From a virus (Duplodnaviria > Caudoviricetes), in IMG/VR virus record IMGVR_UViG_3300036766_001847, positions 1 through 53,271 of that record: a stretch of DNA of 53,271 bases, one strand, 5' to 3'. Under the pieces are notes generated by a model that was given only the letters and a program-made list of their open reading frames with translations, had not been told where the DNA came from and searched no databases. A program made the translations under genes and the position numbers. This document shows, piece after piece, positions 26,841-33,878 of this stretch (positions are counted from its first letter, which is position 1; every line of letters begins with the position of its first letter).

Positions 26841-27113
26841 ATGACTGACGCCTTCGACCCCGAGCGCTGCCCCGGCTGCCCAGCTTCGCGCGAGAACGCC
26901 CGCCGTGGCCGTCAGATGGAGGAACGCCAGGAGCGGCAAGACGGCTTCCTTCTCGAGGTGCGCCATGCACTGGCGGAGGTGCAAAAGGCGCAGGTAGAGG
27001 GGCGGAGGGAGTCGCGCGACGCGCTCGAGCGCCTTGAGGGCATCATGCGCGAGGTGCTCGGCGCGGTGCGGCCGGCGGTCGAGGCGACTAAGGTTCAGCA
27101 GGTGCCCGCGTGA
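26841..27113 (+). CDS. Small coiled-coil protein
   Basis: AAGGAG SD, ATG 26841; coupled to the next gene. Confidence 0.6.
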   Translation: MTDAFDPERCPGCPASRENARRGRQMEERQERQDGFLLEVRHALAEVQKAQVEGRRESRDALERLEGIMREVLGAVRPAVEATKVQQVPA

Positions 27114-27556
27114 GCGACGCTGAGCACGACGGCGCCCCCTACCGGCCGATCCCGCCGGCCAAGGAGCCGATCACCAACCCCGGCGTAGCAATCGCGACGC
27201 TGAAGGCCCAAGCGAAATCGGCCGAGCAGGCGCTGAAGAAGACCGTGCGCGGAAATCGGATCAACCTCGGGCTGGTGCTCGCGGTGCTGACCGTCACGGG
27301 CGGGGCCTTCATCTGGATTCTCGGGGAGGCTCGGGCGCGGGCCGAGACGGTGATGGTGCCGGTCGTCAAAGACGTCGCGGACCTCAAAGCCTGGGCCAAA
27401 ACGCACGAGGCGGCGCAGGCTGAGACGCAGAAGCAGAACGTGCACGAGCTCGAGCGCGCGAACGACAAGATCGACGCGCTGCTGATTCACTTCGGCGTGC
27501 CCCAGCCACCGCCCAGAGAGGTGGTCGACTCGGGCCGCCAGGACGGTGGGCCGTGA
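27110..27556 (+). CDS. Single-TM coiled-coil protein (holin or antiholin candidate)
   Basis: TM LGLVLAVLTVTGGAFIWIL; upstream of the endolysin. Confidence 0.55.
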   Translation: MSDAEHDGAPYRPIPPAKEPITNPGVAIATLKAQAKSAEQALKKTVRGNRINLGLVLAVLTVTGGAFIWILGEARARAETVMVPVVKDVADLKAWAKTHEAAQAETQKQNVHELERANDKIDALLIHFGVPQPPPREVVDSGRQDGGP

Positions 27557-27702
27557 CCGACCCCGCCCCAAGGCCCGCGTTGACGCGCGAGAAGCTCGCC
27601 GAACTGCTCCACGAAGGCGTGGCGCTGGCGCTCATTCTGCGCAAGCGGATTGAGCCGATGAAGAGGCTGACCGCCGAGGACTTCGCGAGGGTCTGCCGGT
27701 GA
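27553..27702 (+). CDS. Small hypothetical protein (49 aa)
   Basis: GTGA overlaps at both ends; MTDPAPRPALTREKLAELLHEG... Confidence 0.5.
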   Translation: MTDPAPRPALTREKLAELLHEGVALALILRKRIEPMKRLTAEDFARVCR

Positions 27703-28238
27703 GCGGCCCCATCATCCCGGCCGAGGCATGGAAGCCGGCGACGCCCACCCTTACCTGCACCGAGGCGTGCCGCTCGTGGGCCCACTACATCGGCGCGGCG
27801 ATGCAGTTCCGCGTCATGTCCGAGCCCCGCTACCAGCCGAACCAGCCCGCCATCGGCCAGACGCATTGCAACAGCTACGCTTGGGACGTCACCTCGGCGA
27901 TGGGCTGCGAGGTGCCGCATTGGGTCGACGACTCAGGGGCCCCGTGTGCGGTAGGCCAGGGCCGCGAGCTCTCGGCTAACGCCATGCTCGACTGGCTCCG
28001 CACGTCGGGAGCCGAGCGGGGCTGGCGCGAGGTGTCCGACGTCGAGGCCGAGTTGCAGGCGGCTCAGGGGCACCCGACGCTGGCGCTGCTTCATGAGGTT
28101 CCGCACGGCCATGTCGCCGTAGTCCTGCCCGCCCGCGTAGGGCTCCGGATTGCCCAGGCCGGCGCCAGGTGCCTCTGGGATGAGCCGATCGCCTCTGGAT
28201 TCGGAAGCAAGAAGCCAACGTTTTTCTCTCACGCATAG
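27699..28238 (+). CDS. Endolysin, CHAP/NlpC-P60-like amidase
   Basis: THCNSY (catalytic Cys), SANAM..WL, GHVAVV (catalytic His), IAQAG. Confidence 0.8.
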   Translation: MSGPIIPAEAWKPATPTLTCTEACRSWAHYIGAAMQFRVMSEPRYQPNQPAIGQTHCNSYAWDVTSAMGCEVPHWVDDSGAPCAVGQGRELSANAMLDWLRTSGAERGWREVSDVEAELQAAQGHPTLALLHEVPHGHVAVVLPARVGLRIAQAGARCLWDEPIASGFGSKKPTFFSHA

Positions 28239-28249
28239 GAGCCGCACCC

Positions 28250-28516
28250 ATGCACTACCGCAACGGCAGAGAAGCGAAGAACGGTGACCTCGTGGTCCTC
28301 ATCTAGCCGACCTACGGGCATCCGGTCGTCGGCATCCTCTACGACGCCGTGGCCGGCAACGACTACTGCAACGGGAAGATCGCGCCGGTCGCCCCGAACG
28401 ACCCGTGCCCGAACCTGAAGGAGTGCCTGCACCTCGACGACGCGCTCGCCGTGCTCAATGGCGACGTGCCGTCGGTCGTGATGCCCGACGCGCCACCGGC
28501 CGCCGCCGCGAAGTAG
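28250..28516 (+). pseudogene. MHYRNGREAKNGD-type small protein with an in-frame TAG at codon 19
   Basis: Strong SD; GC3-rich reading frame continues past TAG 28304-28306 (..GILYDAVAGNDYCNGKIAP..CLHLDD..) to TAG 28514-28516. Confidence 0.75.
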
Positions 28517-28543
28517 CCACCCTCAACCCAAGGAGCCGCAACC

Positions 28544-28762
28544 ATGACGCCAGAAACCCCGGGCCGAGAGCCCACCGAGCCGATCATGCAGTTCTTCAGC
28601 TACGCGCACCTTCCCGCGCACCTGCAGCCGGTATCGGCCCCCTTCGGCCTGCTCGCCAACGAACTCGTCGAGAAGCTGCCGCGGAATCCGGAGCGCTCGA
28701 CCGCCCTGCGCAAGCTGCTCGAGGCCAAGGACGCCGCGGTTCGGGCGCTGCTGTTCAAGTAG
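28544..28762 (+). CDS. Small helical-hairpin protein, resembles Acb2/Tad1-type nucleotide sponges
   Basis: QFFSYAHLP.HLQ.VS.PF..LA and LP.NPERSTALRKLLEAKDAAVRA. The gene is clear; the function is inferred. Confidence 0.6.
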   Translation: MTPETPGREPTEPIMQFFSYAHLPAHLQPVSAPFGLLANELVEKLPRNPERSTALRKLLEAKDAAVRALLFK

Positions 28763-28792
28763 TCCACCCAAGCCCGACTCCCAAGGAGACCC

Positions 28793-29437
28793 ATGCTTCT
28801 GACCCTGCTCTGCCTCATGCTGTTCGCCCCGATCGCCTTCCGCATCCTCGCCAGCGGCCGTCCGCGGCTGCTCGTGTCGTCGATCGCGATGGCGCTGCTC
28901 TTCCTCTTCGCCCCCGCGGTCACGCTCGCCCAGGACGTCGCCGCGACGGCGCCGGCGGGCCTCGGGGCCATCTGGGTCTCGGCACTGGCTTGGCTCCTGA
29001 CGCCGGCGGGGCTCTCCACCGCGATCGCCGTCCTCGGGGGCGGAGCCACCCTCATCTTCGGGGGCAAGGCGATCGTCTGGGAGCTGCGGTTCGCGAAGTT
29101 CGTCAAGAACGCGTTCAACGTCGTCGAGGACCTCAACACCGACCCGGCCCTGGTGGGCAAGCTCGACAAGGAGGCGGCCGGCCTGAAGGCGCTGAACGAC
29201 CTGATGGTGGCGAAGGGCTGGCGCCCGCCTACCGCCGACGAGCAGGCCCAGGCCAAGCTCGCCTTCAGGGTGATGAACGGCGAAGCCGAGGCGGCCACCG
29301 CCGTCCAGGCCAACGCCCTGATCGCCGCGGCCCAGGCCTCGGGCCAGAAGGCCGCCGACAAGGTGGTGACCCCCGGGGACGCCCTGAAGGCCCTCACCGA
29401 CCTGGTCGCCCAGAAGACTCCGGCGCAGGCGCCGTGA
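28793..29437 (+). CDS. Multi-TM membrane protein, holin candidate
   Basis: Three to four hydrophobic segments followed by a helical soluble domain; AAGGAG SD; in the lysis module. Confidence 0.6.
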   Translation: MLLTLLCLMLFAPIAFRILASGRPRLLVSSIAMALLFLFAPAVTLAQDVAATAPAGLGAIWVSALAWLLTPAGLSTAIAVLGGGATLIFGGKAIVWELRFAKFVKNAFNVVEDLNTDPALVGKLDKEAAGLKALNDLMVAKGWRPPTADEQAQAKLAFRVMNGEAEAATAVQANALIAAAQASGQKAADKVVTPGDALKALTDLVAQKTPAQAP

Positions 29438-29796
29438 GGCTGCTCGCCCTGGCGCTGGCGCTCAGCTGCTCGAGCGCGCTCGCCGAGGTCCCCGACGGGG
29501 GGGCGGATATCCCTCCCCCGCCGCCCGTCCTGCTCGTCTCCGGTCGGGTGGTCGCGGTCGATGGCGGGGTGATCGACGTGGAGCCAATGAGCGCCTACCT
29601 CCCGCCGGCGACGCTGATGGCCGAGGGGAAGGCGGTGGCCGACCTGCAGGCCCGAAACGATTCGCTCACATCAGGACTGCGCGCCCTCCCGATGCCCGTA
29701 GTCGTTGGAGGGGTGAGCACCATCTCCACGGCGATCACCGTCGGCGTGGCGCTGCTCCTGCACTTCTTGCCACCGAAGGCGCCCCCAAAGCAGTAA
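29434..29796 (+). CDS. Signal-peptide protein with C-terminal TM (unimolecular-spanin-like topology)
   Basis: MRLLALALALSC N-terminus, Pro-rich linker, short coiled coil, C-terminal hydrophobic helix and basic tail. Confidence 0.5.
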   Translation: MRLLALALALSCSSALAEVPDGGADIPPPPPVLLVSGRVVAVDGGVIDVEPMSAYLPPATLMAEGKAVADLQARNDSLTSGLRALPMPVVVGGVSTISTAITVGVALLLHFLPPKAPPKQ

Positions 29797-29805
29797 GCTG
29801 CTTGC

Positions 29806-29902
29806 CACGCGGTGGGGGAGCCTGGACGTCCCCGCCGGGCTCTCCTGGGACGAAGTTGAGCCCAGGGCCTGGAGATCGCAGGTTCAAATCCTGCCCGCGC
29901 GA
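29806..29902 (+). ncRNA. tRNA-like RNA (Met/fMet-type scaffold) with a 28-nt insert in place of the anticodon loop
   Basis: Acceptor CACGCGG/CCGCGCG (1 mismatch), D-arm GGGG/CCCC, anticodon stem CCGGG/CCTGG, variable loop AGATC, T-arm GCAGG-TTCAAAT-CCTGC; no encoded CCA. Confidence 0.75.
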
Positions 29903-29930
29903 TTGGGCCCAAACCAGCGCAGCACCCGTG

Positions 29931-29960
29931 CCCCCGGGGCGACCTCGGGGGTTTCGTTTT
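29931..29960 (+). terminator. Rho-independent terminator ending the late operon
   Basis: CCCCCGGGG-CGA-CCTCGGGGG followed by TTTCGTTTT. Confidence 0.85.
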
Positions 29961-30037
29961 GCGGGCTGACGCACAACGGCCCCGGTTACCCGAGGCCGCC
30001 ACCGCTCTTAACGGTGTCTACGCTGTCTTGCCGGGCG

Positions 30038-30220
30038 TTACCCGGCGCGGTGCATGGCGCCCTCCGGCGCGGCGAAGCGCGGCCGCTCTGGTTCCTTGGC
30101 CACCACCCAACGCTCCTCGAGCACTTCGTGCCCGAGAGCGCGAAGTTTCCGGATCACCGCTTCGCGCAGGGGCGTGGTGCGGGTCGAGAAAAAGAGGAGT
30201 TTCTTTGGGCGATCGTCCAT
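30038..30220 (-). CDS. Hypothetical protein (60 aa)
   Basis: Last ORF of the leftward operon. Confidence 0.45.
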   Translation of the reverse strand: MDDRPKKLLFFSTRTTPLREAVIRKLRALGHEVLEERWVVAKEPERPRFAAPEGAMHRAG

Positions 30221-30263
30221 GTCCAGATCCTATCTCGCGGGCCGCGACGAACGGGCCGGGCGG

Positions 30264-30560
30264 CTACGACTCGTGTTCAGTGACGGTCGGCTTCGCGCCC
30301 TTCGACTCCATGAACGGAACGAGGACCCTGACGAAACAGTCCGGGCAGACGTCGAAGCCGATCTCCCTGATGCTGCCTCCGCCGTCCGGGTAACTCGTCC
30401 CGGCCTCGTGCCTGACCTCGACGACCGTCCCGTCGGTCTCGTAATAACCAGCGCCCCACTTGCTTCCGGGCACCTTCGCCTCTTTGCCGCAGAGATCGCA
30501 GATCTGAAGCGTTGTTTCCGTCCATTCGTGCGTCTTCGTGACCTTGTGCTCTTTTCGCAT
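30264..30560 (-). CDS. Hypothetical Zn-finger-like protein
   Basis: CDLC...DVCPDCF. Confidence 0.7.
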   Translation of the reverse strand: MRKEHKVTKTHEWTETTLQICDLCGKEAKVPGSKWGAGYYETDGTVVEVRHEAGTSYPDGGGSIREIGFDVCPDCFVRVLVPFMESKGAKPTVTEHES

Positions 30561-30586
30561 CGTCTCTCTCTGCCCGCGTTGACGGG

Positions 30587-31024
30587 CTACCGTCGCCCAG
30601 CAGGTCCCATGCCGGTGGCGATGGCGTCGTCGCTATGCTCGCCGCAGTAGTACCATCGCAGATCTCCCTGACCCGCCTTGAGCCATTCGGTCAGGAGTTC
30701 GGGCGACCCGGCAAAGGCGCTCGCGCTGCACCCCGGGTGGTCGCAATGGTAGACGGTTAGCGACCGGACGGACGTCGCCGCGGCGCGCGTTGCGGCGGCG
30801 ATGATCTTCGCTTCCCGCTCGGGCGTCACCACGGCAAGCGTCTCGTCGGCGCGGGCAGAAAGGAAAGCGACGATCTCTTCGCGCGCCGCCCGAACTGCAG
30901 AGGCCCCGACGGCGCGAAGTCTCCTCACCTCCGCCACCAGTTGTAGCGCGGGCTCGCACATCTCCTCCGAGCCGAGGAGGTGCTGTGCCCGCGCCTCGAT
31001 CTTGTCCAGTTCCTTGTCGGTCAT
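30587..31024 (-). CDS. Ead/Ea22-like hypothetical protein
   Basis: MTDKELDKIEARA...LVAEVRRLR; CDHPGC...YCGEH. Confidence 0.65.
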   Translation of the reverse strand: MTDKELDKIEARAQHLLGSEEMCEPALQLVAEVRRLRAVGASAVRAAREEIVAFLSARADETLAVVTPEREAKIIAAATRAAATSVRSLTVYHCDHPGCSASAFAGSPELLTEWLKAGQGDLRWYYCGEHSDDAIATGMGPAGRR

Positions 31025-31254
31025 GACCGCGCCAGTACCTTCAACGCCTCGCGAGCCTTGCGCAACTTCTCGTCCGCACCACAGTCGCACGGCGGAACCC
31101 TCTCGCCATGGCGGGTGTAGGACCCCGGGTCGTACCTCGCGCACATACATCCCCGAGCCGCGCCGGTCGGTATGCGGTCGTGCCGGCTCGAGCCTTGCGC
31201 GGCAACTCGATTGACCGCCCATTTCGCCCAGCGCAGCGCTTCGGCTTTCGTCAC
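31021..31254 (-). CDS. Hypothetical protein (77 aa)
   Basis: Coupled by ATGA; CxC motifs. Confidence 0.5.
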   Translation of the reverse strand: MTKAEALRWAKWAVNRVAAQGSSRHDRIPTGAARGCMCARYDPGSYTRHGERVPPCDCGADEKLRKAREALKVLARS

Positions 31255-31573
31255 GCCCCTACCCTACCTCTCCCGGACCTCTTCGGAAGCGCCGCGTGCT
31301 ACCCACGCGCCGAGACCACCGCGATCGGATGCGAACGGCCCATTCGTCTTGGCGCTCAGGCTTCAACAGCTCGACCAGCGCCCGCTGCGTCGAGCCGGCC
31401 CCAGGAGCGCTCGGCGTAGCCCCGCGCCGGGTCCCGTCCCTTCCCGGCGCCCGCCGCGACCAGGCACCGCTCCGCAATCTCGTTGACGTTGTGGGTGATG
31501 TTCTCGTCCACCACGTCAGCGCCGGAGCGGTGGCACGTCGGGCACTCCGGCTCGCTCATCGACATCTCGAAGC

Positions 31574-31765
31574 TCACCTTGGCCTCCGGGCCTTCGGAAG
31601 CGAGCTTGGCCCGCGCTCGATCCGGAGCTCGATACCGCGGCCGCAGAAGTGGCACACCCGCCCGTGGATCTCGAAGTCGGTGCGGCTTTGGATGCGCCGA
31701 AGGGCCACCACGTTCCCGCACCCACAGAAGACCACCTGCGGCGAAAGCCCGCTCTTCGTCCCCAT
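31574..31765 (-). CDS. Small Zn-ribbon protein
   Basis: FCGCG...CHFC; AAGGTG upstream. Confidence 0.5.
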   Translation of the reverse strand: MGTKSGLSPQVVFCGCGNVVALRRIQSRTDFEIHGRVCHFCGRGIELRIERGPSSLPKARRPR

Positions 31766-31974
31766 CACCGCACCTTCCTTCCGTCGCCGACCCGCGCGCC
31801 GGCCGCGCGGAGCCACTCGCCCACCGCGGTATTGTGGACGCCGAGTCGCTGAGCGCTCGCCGAGCGGGTCAGCTCCGGGTCGGCCGCGAGCTCGACGGCC
31901 CGCTTCCTCTTCGCCTCGAGCTGCTCGAGCCGGAAGCTGCGCTGCGCCAGGATGTCTGGGTTGTCGCGGGCCAT
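31765..31974 (-). CDS. Small HTH DNA-binding protein
   Basis: LTRSASAQRLGVHNTAVGEWLR. Confidence 0.7.
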   Translation of the reverse strand: MARDNPDILAQRSFRLEQLEAKRKRAVELAADPELTRSASAQRLGVHNTAVGEWLRAAGARVGDGRKVR

Positions 31975-33704
31975 CAGGGCCTCCCATCGAAGAGAAGATC
32001 GGAGGCACCCAGCCTTCCGGCGCCGGCGTCAGCGACCAGCTGCCGGGCGCGGAGCCGCTGCAGGTAGGTGTCCCTGCTCGACCGCTGGTAGTTGGTGACC
32101 GTCGAGATGTGCTCCCGCTCAACCGACCCCGGCCAGGCCGCCACCAGGACCTCGAGCACCGCGCGCTCGCCCGTGGGCAGCCGCCCGCGCCAGTGCTCGA
32201 GCAGGGCCCCGCCGGTGGGGAGTGGAGCGAAGTCGGGCCCCAACGCCTCGATCCCGGCCGCGGTGACGACGATCCGCTCCCCCGCCTCAACGAGTCCCTG
32301 CTCGCGGAGGCGCTGCAGGTAGGTGTCGCGGCTGCTGCGCTTGTAGCCAGTGAGCACCCCGAGCTGCTCGCGCGTCACGCCGCCGTCATGCTGGGCCACC
32401 GCGGTGAGCACCGCGCGCTCCCCCTTCGGAAGCGACCCCGGGCCCGGCGCGCCGGCGGCGTGGGCGGGGCGAGGCGCCGCCGTTCTGGCGGGAAGAGCTC
32501 GGGCGGCCGGTCGGGAGGCTGGCGGGACTGGACTCGGCCGGCTCATCGCCTGCGCGACGCAGCTTGCCAGCCGCTTCGTGGTGGTCTCGAGTACCAGCGC
32601 GGCCTCTGCCGCCTCCTGCGATGCCCGTTCAGCCGCGCCGGCGGCGAGCTTCAGCTCGGCGAGCTGAGCCGCCTCGATCACCGGCACCCTCACCTCGAGG
32701 GGCGCCGTCGGGGCCGCGGGGCGCGCGGCAACCTGCCGCTCGAGCTCGGCGATGCGCTTCCGCAAGAGCGCCGGGTCGCTCGCCTTCGCGCGCTCGAGTG
32801 TCGCCGCCATCTGCCGCCGTAGCGCCTCAAGGTCGACGTCGGCGCGCTGCTTCGGCTCGATGCGTGTCTCGCCCGGCTCCGGGGTCGCGCCGGAGTCGAA
32901 CGTCTCGATGCGGTCGATGTGGACGCGCTTGAAGATTCCCTCGTCCGAAGGCCAGCCCGGCGACCACACCCAGGCGTCGCCCCGCGGAAGCGACGGCAAC
33001 GACTGCATCAGCGTGGTCCGCTGCTCCGGCGACCCGTGCACTTCTATCCACGCGTCCATGGCGGCGAGGTCCTGCGGCGCGATCGTCCTCATCGCGATCA
33101 TCACCTGGGCCTGCGTCAGCACGTTCTTGTTCAGCACGGCCGACCGCTGTGTGACGAGCGTGCAGCCGATGCCGCGCTGCCGGCCGCGGCGCACGATGTC
33201 CTCGATCGCTCCGAGCATCCGCTCCGTGCCCTTCGGCGGCTTTTGTGGCGCGATAGCGTCGGCCTCGTCGACGAAGAGCATGACCGGCGTGCGGAACTGC
33301 TCGCGGGCCTTGAGCCGGTAGAACGTCTCGAGAAAAGCCGTCATGAACGTGGCGACCTCGTGCTTCCGGAGGAGCGAGAGGTCGATGACGACGCTCACGC
33401 GCTCCTCAACGACGAGCTTCGCGACGAGCTCGCCAGAGCCGGTGTCGAGCGGCAGGTCGCCGTGCTCGCCGCCGAGAATGAGGCAGCCGATCCCCGACCC
33501 CTTTCCGTCCGCCGAGGACCTCACCCCCCAATGGTCGCCCTTGGGGTCCACGTCGACGACCTGCATCCCCGCCTTGAAGAGGCGCTCAAGGAGGAGGCGA
33601 AGCGTGAACGTCTTGCCTGAGCCTTTGCGCGCGAGGATCGCAAAGGTCTGCGTCACAGCGTCGAGCGGGAGCGCCAGGTCGGCCGAGAGATGCAGTTGCT
33701 TCAT
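31974..33704 (-). CDS. HerA/FtsK-like (DUF87-type) ATPase with two C-terminal winged-helix repeats
   Basis: ARKGSGKT, VDPKGDHWG, FVDEAD, RRGRQRGIG, TQR; repeat LP.GERAVL...T.Y.RSSRDTYLQRLR occurs twice. Confidence 0.88.
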   Translation of the reverse strand: MKQLHLSADLALPLDAVTQTFAILARKGSGKTFTLRLLLERLFKAGMQVVDVDPKGDHWGVRSSADGKGSGIGCLILGGEHGDLPLDTGSGELVAKLVVEERVSVVIDLSLLRKHEVATFMTAFLETFYRLKAREQFRTPVMLFVDEADAIAPQKPPKGTERMLGAIEDIVRRGRQRGIGCTLVTQRSAVLNKNVLTQAQVMIAMRTIAPQDLAAMDAWIEVHGSPEQRTTLMQSLPSLPRGDAWVWSPGWPSDEGIFKRVHIDRIETFDSGATPEPGETRIEPKQRADVDLEALRRQMAATLERAKASDPALLRKRIAELERQVAARPAAPTAPLEVRVPVIEAAQLAELKLAAGAAERASQEAAEAALVLETTTKRLASCVAQAMSRPSPVPPASRPAARALPARTAAPRPAHAAGAPGPGSLPKGERAVLTAVAQHDGGVTREQLGVLTGYKRSSRDTYLQRLREQGLVEAGERIVVTAAGIEALGPDFAPLPTGGALLEHWRGRLPTGERAVLEVLVAAWPGSVEREHISTVTNYQRSSRDTYLQRLRARQLVADAGAGRLGASDLLFDGRP

Positions 33705-33878
33705 CGGGTTCTCCTCAAAAGTGCGGCGCCGGCGACGGCTGACCAGAGACCCGTCGCCCGGGTGATCCGACCCCTGTATGTATCGGCGGTGCCCGGTGTG
33801 CCGCTGGAAGTCAAAGGACGTTCACCGTGACCGGACCGTCGCCCCAGACGTCACGGCGGTGGAGCACGAGCGCGGCGA

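Noticed and set aside
26569-26848. Small ORFs at the start of the lysis module
   Set aside because: Overlapping frames are about equally plausible and a frameshift is possible, so no single call is supportable.
29806-29902. tRNA-like element as an amber suppressor for TAG 28304, or as attP
   Set aside because: There is no CTA in the loop region. A better attP with arm repeats lies inside int.
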